Shown one piece after another: positions 17,077-25,337 of a stretch of DNA of 27,556 nucleotides. The notes beneath the pieces were generated by a model, which made no database searches, was not told where the DNA came from, and saw only the letters and a list, made by a program, of their open reading frames with translations. The stretch is from NCBI GenBank assembly GCA_037441945.1, contig JBBIRG010000001.1:1-27556 (forward strand), in the 5' to 3' direction. Each line of letters opens with the position of its first letter. The stretch's first letter is position 1. The stretch is from Bacteroidota bacterium. GTDB lineage: Bacteria > CLD3 > SB21 > JBBIRG01. A program made the position numbers and the translations under genes.

Positions 17077-19536
17077 TTAAAACATCTGGCCCAGTTGAAA
17101 ATGATATTTCGGATATCCGATGCGTTTGTTCCCTTTATCAATGCCGTATCCGATATCCAGTCCCATGATACCCACCATCGGCATGAAGAGTCGGAAACCG
17201 AAACCCCACGATCGCTTGACCTCAAACGGATCGGACGTTTGTAGATTGGAGAATACGTTCCCCGCCTCAAAAAAGGTCAGCAAGTACATCGTCGGATTGG
17301 GGATGACCGGCAGCCGGACCTCGGCGGAATACTTGAACATCGTCGTGCCGCCGGCGGCGTACTGGCCGATTTTCGGGCCGACGGCGCGGTTGCCGTAACC
17401 GCGAAGCTGTGTGGAGCCAATATCCAGAGCTCCGCCGCCCATATAAAAACGTTCCAGGTGAGGTATGTCGTAAATATTCGATGATTTCTCAAACGAACGC
17501 ACATATCCGAACATAAAATCGGTGTACAAGACCAGCGACCAAATAGCCGGTACATAATTCTGTCCGCGGAAAGTAACCCGCATATAATTTTTTGGCAACT
17601 GAGCTATAACATTGTTGTAACCGGTCGTGTCAAAAGAAACGATACCCGCTTCGGTCGTCAGGGTATATACGGAACCGGATTTTGGGAATTCGGCGGCATC
17701 ACGGCTGTCCCGCTGGATGACCTGGCCGACGGTGTAAGTCTGCTGAACGCCGTAGGTGAACTGCGGGTAAAGATCGGCGGTATAAGGCCGCAATGAGGAA
17801 TTGGAATAGCCCACCTGGTAGTTAAGCGTGAAGAAATCATCCGGCCATTTCAGCCGACGCCCGAAACTCAGCGATCCTCCTAAGCTGCGGCTCTTGTAAC
17901 CGAGATAGCTCGCGCGGCGGTCGCCGTCAAAGGAATAATACATCGACGACCCGAACGATGTCCGCGTCCCAAATAAATAAGGTTCGGTGAACCCTATGGA
18001 AAAAACACGGTAACCCAGCCCGCCTAACTGGACGTTCAGGGATACCTGCTGTCCGTTGCCGAGAAAATTATTGAACGCCACGCCGGCGGAACCGACAAAC
18101 CCGTCCTGCGCGCTGTAGCCGATCGCTAAATTGGCCGTATCGGTCGGTTTTTCGGCGACGGTAATCACCACATTGACCTTGTCGGCGCTTACCGGCTGGA
18201 TGTCGGGGAGCACGTTTTCAAAATAATTCAGTACCATCAAATTCCGTTGGGTGCGGATCAAAGCCTCGCGGCTGAACGTCTCGCCGGGAAAGGAAACGAC
18301 TTCGCGGCGGATCACTTTTTCTTTCGTTTTGGTATTGTTGCGGACGTCCACGCGTTCAATCGTTACCGGGTTGCCCTCGGTGACCATGAAATCGATATCC
18401 AGCGTGTCCTTGGCGATCGTTTTCTCGATGGGGACGATCTGCGCGTAAATGTAGCCCTGGTCGTAGTACAGCGCGTTGACTCTTTCCTGCATGGCGCGGT
18501 CGTATTTTTCCTGGTTGAACACGTCGCCCCTTTCAAAACCGAGGGCCGCGGTGAGTTCCCTGTTCGAGAAAAGCGCGTTGCCGCTCCAGTCGATATCGCC
18601 GATATAGTATTTCACGCCTTCCTCGACCCAGACGTCGATGAACAGGTCGCGGTTACGGTTGCCGAAATAGGTGGTATCGTTTACGATCTGCGCGTCGCGG
18701 TATCCGTTGTTCTTATAATGAGCGAGCAGATGGCCAAGATCTTCGCGGTATTTCTTCTCGTCAAATTCGCCGCGCTTGTGCCACCGGAAATGCGCCGGTT
18801 CGCTCATCGTATCTTCAAGAATGAACCGCTGCTTCCGGCTGCCGCGCCCGTTCTGCCGCCACTGGAAGAAGGATACCTGCGAATGCGTTTCCTTGAAGTT
18901 CTGTCGCAGCGCGTTGTCGGAAAACGCCTCATTCCCGAAAAACGAAATCGAACGGATCTTGACTTTTTGACCTTCGTCAATTTTGATTTTCAACAGCACC
19001 TTGCCGGTATCCGTTTCGGACGCGTAGGATTTGACCTGCACGTCGGCGTTCAGATAGCCTTTCGATGCGTACACCCGTTTGATCCTCGCGGCGGCCCGTT
19101 TGATGTGCTGCGGACTGACGGTCTGGTTGATGAACAAACCGATCTGGCTGCGCACGTCTTTTTCGTCGACTTTATCAAAGCCGGTGATTTCCATGGATTC
19201 GAGCCGCGGGTATTCGCTCACGAGAATGGTCAGCGCGAGACCGTCTTTAGTTTGTTCGCCGAGAATTTCGATGTGCCTGAAAACTTTCATTTCCCAGAGG
19301 TTCTGGACGGCTTTGGCGACGTCGTCGGCGCTCAGTTTCTGCCCTTCAGAGAGTCCGCTGGCGATAATGATCAGTTCCGCGTCCGATTTTATGTTGCCCT
19401 GTACGGAAATGGAAGCGATCACGGGTTGGGATGCGAACGACGTCTGGGACATTAATTTTCCAGATGGGACGGACAGCAGAAATACGAAGCTTAAAAAAGA
19501 AAGTAAAAGAGCGGCGGTAGAGATGTTACATTTCAT
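17077..19536 (-). CDS. bamA: Outer-membrane beta-barrel assembly protein BamA
   Basis: Five POTRA repeats ending in E(Y/G)/EKP, barrel start 'TANLAIGYS', conserved 'QLRGY' loop 6 motif, 'IMGLDIGYG' and terminal 'YHFQLGQMF'. Confidence 0.97.
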   Translation of the reverse strand: MKCNISTAALLLSFLSFVFLLSVPSGKLMSQTSFASQPVIASISVQGNIKSDAELIIIASGLSEGQKLSADDVAKAVQNLWEMKVFRHIEILGEQTKDGLALTILVSEYPRLESMEITGFDKVDEKDVRSQIGLFINQTVSPQHIKRAAARIKRVYASKGYLNADVQVKSYASETDTGKVLLKIKIDEGQKVKIRSISFFGNEAFSDNALRQNFKETHSQVSFFQWRQNGRGSRKQRFILEDTMSEPAHFRWHKRGEFDEKKYREDLGHLLAHYKNNGYRDAQIVNDTTYFGNRNRDLFIDVWVEEGVKYYIGDIDWSGNALFSNRELTAALGFERGDVFNQEKYDRAMQERVNALYYDQGYIYAQIVPIEKTIAKDTLDIDFMVTEGNPVTIERVDVRNNTKTKEKVIRREVVSFPGETFSREALIRTQRNLMVLNYFENVLPDIQPVSADKVNVVITVAEKPTDTANLAIGYSAQDGFVGSAGVAFNNFLGNGQQVSLNVQLGGLGYRVFSIGFTEPYLFGTRTSFGSSMYYSFDGDRRASYLGYKSRSLGGSLSFGRRLKWPDDFFTLNYQVGYSNSSLRPYTADLYPQFTYGVQQTYTVGQVIQRDSRDAAEFPKSGSVYTLTTEAGIVSFDTTGYNNVIAQLPKNYMRVTFRGQNYVPAIWSLVLYTDFMFGYVRSFEKSSNIYDIPHLERFYMGGGALDIGSTQLRGYGNRAVGPKIGQYAAGGTTMFKYSAEVRLPVIPNPTMYLLTFFEAGNVFSNLQTSDPFEVKRSWGFGFRLFMPMVGIMGLDIGYGIDKGNKRIGYPKYHFQLGQMF

Positions 19537-19601
19537 GAATCGTTATCGTTTTCCTTGGTTGCTTCGGATGTATTGATTTACGGGGTACACAGGTAAACAA
19601 G

Positions 19602-20414
19602 TTATTTTGATTTCCGGTTGTTGATTTTCTTTTTTTCGGCGGTCAGTTGTTCGCTGACCTTTCCGAACCGCCGTTCCCGTTTCTGGTAATCCATGATGGC
19701 GGCATACAGGTGCTGCTTTCGGAAATCGGGCCAGAAAATATCCGTAATGTAGAGTTCAGCGTAGGCGATTTGCCAAAGCAGAAAATTGCTGATCCTGTAT
19801 TCGCCGCTGGTGCGGATCATCAGGTCGGGTTCGGGAAGGTCGCGGGTATATAAATATTCCCCGAATAATTTTTCGTCGAGATCGTTCAGCGATATTTTTT
19901 TCTTCTGGGCGTCGTCGGCGACCGATCGCACGGCGTCCAGGATTTCGGTGCGTGAACTGTAGCTTAGCGCGAGGTTGAGTTGGAAGCCGTTGTTGTTTTT
20001 CGTGGATTCGACAGCTTTGACTAACTGGGCGTGTGTTTCCGGAGGAAGATGTTCGATATGGCCGATAGTGGTCAGCCGGACGTTCTGTTTGTTCAGATTT
20101 TCGAGTTCATTATGGATGGTCCGCATGAGCAGTTTCATCAGCGCGGAGATTTCCCATGCCGGCCGTTTCCAGTTTTCCTCGCTGAACGCATACAGCGTCA
20201 GGACTTTGACGCCTATTTCGCCGCATCCTTCCACGACTTCCCGTACCGACTCCACGCCGCCCGAATGACCGGCCACTCTAGGCAATCCGCGTTCCTTGGC
20301 CCACCGCCCGTTACCGTCCATGATGATGGCTACATGAGCGGGCACGTTTCCTTTCGCGATGATTGCTTCCCGCAGCGCCTGCAATTCAGACTTGGATAAT
20401 TTTTTTTTCTTCAT
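19602..20414 (-). CDS. uppS: Undecaprenyl/polyprenyl diphosphate synthase
   Basis: 'HVAIIMDGNGRWA', 'LYAFSEENWKRP', 'NLALSYSSR' and 'PDLMIRTSGEYRISNFLLWQIAYAE...WPDF'. Confidence 0.98.
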   Translation of the reverse strand: MKKKKLSKSELQALREAIIAKGNVPAHVAIIMDGNGRWAKERGLPRVAGHSGGVESVREVVEGCGEIGVKVLTLYAFSEENWKRPAWEISALMKLLMRTIHNELENLNKQNVRLTTIGHIEHLPPETHAQLVKAVESTKNNNGFQLNLALSYSSRTEILDAVRSVADDAQKKKISLNDLDEKLFGEYLYTRDLPEPDLMIRTSGEYRISNFLLWQIAYAELYITDIFWPDFRKQHLYAAIMDYQKRERRFGKVSEQLTAEKKKINNRKSK

Positions 20415-20460
20415 GCTGTGGTAATCCGAACCGGTATATCATATTGATCGCATTAGTCGG

Positions 20461-20490
20461 TTGCAATTAAAACAAAAAAAAATATATAGA
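20461..20490 (+). promoter_or_regulatory. Candidate promoter for the histidine kinase, overlapping the uppS promoter
   Basis: TTGCAA (20461-20466)-N18-TATAGA (20485-20490). A TATAAT also lies at 20491-20496. Confidence 0.35.
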
Positions 20491-20509
20491 TATAATTTTA
20501 AATTTGCAA
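20481..20509 (-). promoter_or_regulatory. Candidate sigma70-type promoter of the uppS-bamA-skp-skp operon
   Basis: Minus strand TTGCAA (20509-20504)-N17-TATATT (20486-20481), about 65 nt upstream of the uppS start. Confidence 0.55.
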
Positions 20510-20669
20510 GATAAAAGATGAAACCTAAAATTGGCTGTCTTCCGGTTTTATAATGATTATGTCTTAATAATTCAACAACCTTAACTTGATTCTGTGGGCG
20601 TTTCATATTATCATTTACTGTAAGTCTGTTTTCTATCACAGAAAATTTCCGGGATTGCGGGTGCGTTTT

Positions 20670-23216
20670 ATGTTGTTAAGCAAAATTCTTAATAAGATGC
20701 GGCATATCGTCGTTTTCACAGTGTTTGTCTTTGCGTGTATAACGGAAGCCAACCCGCAGGATATTTCCGGTACCACGTTTATTCTGCGCGATGATACGGA
20801 AGTTTTGCGCCTGCGAGAATCCGCCGATTTTATCGAAGACCGGACCGGGGACTTGCCATTCGATTCTGTTCTGTCGCGCTTCGCGTTATCGGGTCATCAG
20901 GCGTATATCGGCGCGACGCCGAATTTCGGTTTTACAGGATCCGTGGTCTGGCTCCGGCTGAAAATAGCGAATTTGTCTTCAGTCAATCACTGGATGCTGG
21001 AAATCGGTTATCCGCTTCTGGATGAGATTGATTTTTATTATCCGGGCAAAACGCAGGATTGGCATATCATCCGGACGGGCGACCAGCGGCCGGCCGGACA
21101 GCGTTATATTCAGAACCGCAATTACCTTTTTCATATTGAGGCGCCGGAAGACGAATACCGGATATTTTACATCCGTGTCCGGACGGAAGGATCGCTTCAG
21201 ATTCCCGTTGCGGTATGGACGCCGCAGAAATTATTCGGAAAAATCAGCAATGAGTCGCTGGTGCTCGGCGGTTTTTACGGGTTGCTGATCCTGATGTTTT
21301 TGTATAATCTCTTCCTTTTTGCGTGGGTCAGGGACCGGATATATCTGTTGTATGTTGTATTTATTATTTTCTACGGCGTCGGCCAGTCGGCGCTCGACGG
21401 GCTGGCGGCGGTTTATATCTGGCCGGAAGCGATGGGATGGGTGAATAAAAGCGTCGTTGTTCTGATGACGATCGCATTGCTATTCGCGGCTTACTTCACC
21501 AAATCCTTTCTGGATATCCGCGAGAACATACGTTATTATGAACCGGTCATATCAGCGGTTGTCTGGCTCGGCTGGATTCTGCTTGTCATTTCCTTTTTCA
21601 TCAGTTATTCCGTCAGCATCACGGCTTTTGCCGTGCTAGCGGTTCTGTTTTCAGCCGTAGCCCTTGTTGCGGGAATTCTGGTCAGCCTGAAAGGTTATAA
21701 ACCGGCCTTTTATTTTTTAATCGGCTGGGGCGTGTTTCTGATCGGGATTGCCGTATACGCGTTCAAGAGTTTCGGCATCTTTCCTTCGAATTTTATCACG
21801 CATTACGGCGTACAGCTTGGCGCGACGGTGAAAGTGATCCTGCTGTCGCTCGGTATCGCTCAGCGCGTCAGCCTGCTGAAGGAAGAATTGGCCCGGAAAA
21901 CGCTTGATCAGGAACGAATGGAGCATGAAAAAGAAATTGAAAAGAAAGAACTCATTGAATCGCAGAAAAGGGAACTGGAGGCTCTTGTCCGGGTAAGAAC
22001 GGCGGAACTTCAGCGGAAAAGCGATGAACTGGAAAAAGTCAACGTCATTGTCCAGGCAATCAATTCGGAGATCAGCTTCAGCGCGCTTTTAGACGCTATT
22101 CTGAAAGAACTGAAAATTATCCGGGCCGTTGACCGGGCGAGCATTCTTGTTTATGATAACACGAACGAAGCGGTCGAGCTGAAGGCGATTTCGGGGTGGG
22201 AACTTGGAAAAGCCGGAATAGCTGACAATTATTTTTCAGAAATCCGGAAACACTACCGGATCCTTGCCGCAAACGGACGGGACGAGCTGATCGTATTTCA
22301 GCCTCAGTTCGGAAAGCCACCGGAAGACGCGGTTGCCGCAAAATCGGTGATGATGATCGAGATCGCCACGGAACAAAGGATCGAAGGGTATATTCTTTTT
22401 GAGAATCTGAAAGGGGACGCGTTTCAGGAGGAGGATATCGCGCTGCTGAATAAACTGAAGCATCCGATCAAGACGGCGTTTCTTAAAGCCCGGATGCTGG
22501 AGGAACTGCAGGAACTGAACGAAAAGAAAAACGAATTCCTTGGCGTCGCGGCTCACGATCTCCGGAATCCTCTGGGGGCGATCATCGGTTTTACCGATCT
22601 GCTGGTGCAGGATATCCGGTCCGGTCAGTTTGTCGCCGAAGAGGGCGTCCGCGATATGGAAATGGTGCTGAGTTCAGCCCGGCAGATGCTGCACCTGATC
22701 ACAGAACTATTAGACATCTCGGCGATCGAAGCCGGGAAAGTCTCGCTGAGCCTGCACAGGGAAAATCTGGGTGAAATTCTAGACGATTGCGAAAAGATCC
22801 ATAAACGCGCCGCCGCGCAGAAACAAATTGCACTGACGATCATCCGCCCGGAAGAATTTCCCCAGGTGCTGGCGGATAAATCGCGCATGGCCGAGGTAAT
22901 GGATAACCTGCTGAGCAACGCGATCAAGTACACCTATCCGGGAGGCCGGGTTGACGTGTCCGCTGAATTACGAAGCGGCGAAGCGGTGATCCATATCCGC
23001 GATACCGGACAGGGCCTCAGCGAAGAGGACCTCAAGCAGATATTCAGGAGTTTCAAAAAACTCAGCGCGCGGCCAACGGGCGGGGAGTCCAGCACCGGAT
23101 TCGGCCTGGCTATCGTGAAGAAAATCGTCGAACTGCACGGCGGAAAAGTCTGGGTCAGTTCCGTTCAGGGAAACGGTTCGACTTTCTCGTTCACGCTGCC
23201 CCTGGCTGTAAAGTAA
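20670..23216 (+). CDS. Sensor histidine kinase: 7TMR-DISM extracellular domain, 7TM-DISM, GAF-like, HisKA, HATPase_c
   Basis: DISMED2-like 'PNFGFTGSVVWLRL..WMLEIGYPLLDEIDFY' and seven hydrophobic helices ('GGFYGLLILMFLYNLFLF...YFLIGWGVF...LLSLGIAQR'). GAF-like 'DRASILVYD..VELKAISG'. H-box 'AAHDLRNPL', N-box 'NLLSNAIKYT', G1 'DTGQGL', G2 'GFGLAIV'. The true start is likely ATG 20670 or 20697, not TTG 20586. Confidence 0.93.
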   Translation: MLLSKILNKMRHIVVFTVFVFACITEANPQDISGTTFILRDDTEVLRLRESADFIEDRTGDLPFDSVLSRFALSGHQAYIGATPNFGFTGSVVWLRLKIANLSSVNHWMLEIGYPLLDEIDFYYPGKTQDWHIIRTGDQRPAGQRYIQNRNYLFHIEAPEDEYRIFYIRVRTEGSLQIPVAVWTPQKLFGKISNESLVLGGFYGLLILMFLYNLFLFAWVRDRIYLLYVVFIIFYGVGQSALDGLAAVYIWPEAMGWVNKSVVVLMTIALLFAAYFTKSFLDIRENIRYYEPVISAVVWLGWILLVISFFISYSVSITAFAVLAVLFSAVALVAGILVSLKGYKPAFYFLIGWGVFLIGIAVYAFKSFGIFPSNFITHYGVQLGATVKVILLSLGIAQRVSLLKEELARKTLDQERMEHEKEIEKKELIESQKRELEALVRVRTAELQRKSDELEKVNVIVQAINSEISFSALLDAILKELKIIRAVDRASILVYDNTNEAVELKAISGWELGKAGIADNYFSEIRKHYRILAANGRDELIVFQPQFGKPPEDAVAAKSVMMIEIATEQRIEGYILFENLKGDAFQEEDIALLNKLKHPIKTAFLKARMLEELQELNEKKNEFLGVAAHDLRNPLGAIIGFTDLLVQDIRSGQFVAEEGVRDMEMVLSSARQMLHLITELLDISAIEAGKVSLSLHRENLGEILDDCEKIHKRAAAQKQIALTIIRPEEFPQVLADKSRMAEVMDNLLSNAIKYTYPGGRVDVSAELRSGEAVIHIRDTGQGLSEEDLKQIFRSFKKLSARPTGGESSTGFGLAIVKKIVELHGGKVWVSSVQGNGSTFSFTLPLAVK

Positions 23217-23350
23217 CGCGAAACGCATTTCGGCGCTGAAAATAAATTTTCCTCTTATCGTGTGACCTCTCTTTTGTTTTCCCTGATCCCGACACTAGTC
23301 CCAAATAAAACTGAGGGATGTCAGAAGAAGGCTGTCATTAGGCCCCGTCT

Positions 23351-23420
23351 CTTGTATTGTCATTTCGAACGACCGCACTTGTATTGTCATTTCGAGCCGC
23401 CGCAGGCGGCGAGAAATCCT
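23351..23420. repeat. REP-like palindromic element with a duplicated left arm
   Basis: The exact 18-bp direct repeat CTTGTATTGTCATTTCGA occurs at 23351-23368 and 23378-23395. The second copy continues into the hairpin ATTTC-GA-GCCGCC-gca-GGCGGC-GA-GAAAT. Confidence 0.7.
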
Positions 23421-23508
23421 GAATTAATCAATCATTGAATTTGTTTCCTTGCATTGTGACAGAATCCGATAAGCACAATAAATTATTATCCATCCGGTAA
23501 TAAACGGA

Positions 23509-23546
23509 AACGTCCGTCTGACGGTTACAGACGGACGTTAATTTTT
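23509..23546. terminator. Perfect 12-bp hairpin, probable bidirectional terminator between the convergent kinase and prfA
   Basis: AACGTCCGTCTG (23509-23520)-acggtta-CAGACGGACGTT (23528-23539). It is followed by AATTTTT on + and by TCCGTTTA on -. Confidence 0.7.
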
Positions 23547-23575
23547 GATATATCGCCGGCGACGGCTGCGATCTG

Positions 23576-24649
23576 TCAGTTATTTTTCAGCAGCATTTCG
23601 TTTTCCGCTAAATGCAATTTTTCGATGATCTCTTCGATCCGGCCGAGCATAACCGATTCCAGGTTATAGAGCGTTAAACCGATGCGGTGGTCGGTAAGCC
23701 GGTTTTGGGGATAATTATACGTGCGGATTTTCTCGCTGCGGTCGCCGGAGCCCACCATGGATTTTCGTTGCGAGGCGATTTTGGACTGCTGTTCGGATTT
23801 TTGCTTTTCAAAAAGCCTTGATTTAAGCACTTTCATAGCCTTTTCGCGGTTTTTAAGCTGGGAGCGTTCTTCCTGACACTGGACGACGATCCCGGTGGGC
23901 AGATGCGTGAGACGCACGGCGGTTTCGACTTTATTGACGTTCTGACCGCCTTTACCGCCGGCGCGGTAGATGTCGATGCGAAGGTCGTTGGGACTGATCA
24001 CGATATCGTCTTTGCTGACTTCGTCGATGACGGGCAGTACGGCCACGGACGCGGCGGAGGTATGCACGCGTCCCTGGGTCTCGGTTTTCGGGACGCGCTG
24101 GACCCGGTGGACGCCGCTCTCAAATTTCAGATTGCCGTACGCGCCGAATCCCTGAACTTCGAAGATGATTTCCTTGAAACCGCCCATGTTCGCTTCGGTG
24201 AAATCGAAGACCTCGATTTTCCATTTCTGGGAATCGATGTACTGGCGGTACATGCCGAACAAGTCGCCCGCGAAAATGCCGGCTTCGTCGCCTCCTGTGC
24301 CGGCGCGGATTTCCAGGATGCAGTCGCCGTCGTCCATCGGGTCTTTGGGTATCAGCAGCAATTTCAGTTCGTCTTCGATCCGGTTTTTACTGATTTCCAG
24401 TTCGTCCATTTCGGATTTGGCCATCGCCCGCAGTTCCTGGTCATCAGAATGGAACAGGATTTCTTTTGCTCCGCCGATGCCCTGCAGGACCCGGCTGTAT
24501 TCGGAGAACTTTTCAACGATCGGCTCCAGGCCGCGCCGTTCCTTGTTCAGGTTTTTCAGGTTTTCCTGGTTGCGGACCACATCCGGCTGATACATCTGCT
24601 CGTTGATTTCGTCAAAGCGTTTTTTTATTTTTTCTAATTGTTCGATCAT
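23576..24649 (-). CDS. prfA: Peptide chain release factor 1
   Basis: '[12 protein letters not shown]', '[24 protein letters not shown]' (PxT = RF1 specificity), '[10 protein letters not shown]' (GGQ) and '[20 protein letters not shown]'. Confidence 0.98.
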   Translation of the reverse strand: MIEQLEKIKKRFDEINEQMYQPDVVRNQENLKNLNKERRGLEPIVEKFSEYSRVLQGIGGAKEILFHSDDQELRAMAKSEMDELEISKNRIEDELKLLLIPKDPMDDGDCILEIRAGTGGDEAGIFAGDLFGMYRQYIDSQKWKIEVFDFTEANMGGFKEIIFEVQGFGAYGNLKFESGVHRVQRVPKTETQGRVHTSAASVAVLPVIDEVSKDDIVISPNDLRIDIYRAGGKGGQNVNKVETAVRLTHLPTGIVVQCQEERSQLKNREKAMKVLKSRLFEKQKSEQQSKIASQRKSMVGSGDRSEKIRTYNYPQNRLTDHRIGLTLYNLESVMLGRIEEIIEKLHLAENEMLLKNN

Positions 24650-24723
24650 ATAGGTTACCGTTGCGCCTGAAAATAAAAAAGGAACATGACACGGTCATAT
24701 TCCTTTTGCGGAAAAAATTTTGA

Positions 24724-24957
24724 CTATTCCTGTTCCGGCTTCGTATCTTTGGCGCCTTTATATTTGGCGAATTTTTTATTGTATTTCTCGACGCGCCCGG
24801 CGGTGTCAATCAGTTTCTGCGTTCCTGTATAGAACGGATGGCAGTTCGAGCAGAGTTCGACGTGGATATCGCCTGCCGTTGAGCGCGTGCGGAAAGTGTT
24901 GCCGCAGGAACAAGTCACCGTGGACATCGGGTACGTCGGGTGAATTCCTTCTTTCAT
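24724..24957 (-). CDS. rpmE: 50S ribosomal protein L31, zinc-binding (C+) type
   Basis: 'MKEGIHPTY...TCSCGN...[27 protein letters not shown]'. All four Cys are present. AAGGAG SD. Confidence 0.98.
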   Translation of the reverse strand: MKEGIHPTYPMSTVTCSCGNTFRTRSTAGDIHVELCSNCHPFYTGTQKLIDTAGRVEKYNKKFAKYKGAKDTKPEQE

Positions 24958-25119
24958 AAAATCTCCTTAATCGGAAAATCGTTTAATAAGTGCAATTATA
25001 TTCAAGATTATAACTATAACGAATAAATTTAATTAAATCAATAATTATTTTGAATTTTTACAAAGTTTTTTACAAGGTTTTATAAAGTTCTATTTGGTTT
25101 TTTGCGTGGGAATATTATT

Positions 25120-25154
25120 AAAGAAAGGCCGGATCAAAGGAGGAAAATCCAGCC
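25120..25154 (-). terminator. Terminator-like hairpin closing the polysaccharide locus
   Basis: Minus strand GGCTGGAT-tttcctcctttg-ATCCGGCC (one U-G pair) is followed by TTTCTTT. Confidence 0.5.
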
Positions 25155-25337
25155 GTGTTGCACTCGAGCTACTCACTCAACCGATCGGGTACGATTGACC
25201 CCAAAAATACCATATCTATAGAAACAAGATACACACAACAATAATTTTTTAAAAGCGAATATTGATAAGTGGTTATTAGATATGTTTAACGGCTAAAAGA
25301 GGGTTGCTAAATTAAAGATAAGGCTGCCTGATTTGGA

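Noticed and set aside
18247-19455. 402-aa plus-strand ORF antisense to bamA
   Set aside because: It lies wholly opposite a conserved essential gene and has no recognisable motifs. Long antisense frames are an expected by-product of GC3-rich codon usage.
20586-20669. N-terminal extension of the kinase from TTG 20586
   Set aside because: The segment lies in the AT-rich promoter region, and the signal-peptide-like sequence begins only after ATG 20670/20697.
23291-23324. GACACTAGTCCCAAAT as an IS terminal inverted repeat
   Set aside because: No partner end, target-site duplication or transposase remnant is visible. It is kept only as part of the structured intergenic region.
23351-23395. Possible CRISPR mini-array
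   Set aside because: There are only two 18-bp copies with a 9-nt spacer and no cas genes. It fits a REP-type element better.
23903-24637. 244-aa ORF antisense to prfA, and similar shadow ORFs over mfd (e.g. 1592-2359), ruvB, lpxD, skp and uppS
   Set aside because: These have the same antisense-shadow origin, with no SD, no domain signal and atypical composition.
24958-25337. tRNA, attachment site or integrase marking the island boundary
   Set aside because: I could not find a cloverleaf, CCA end, recombinase fragment or flanking direct repeat by eye. tRNAscan-SE would settle it.
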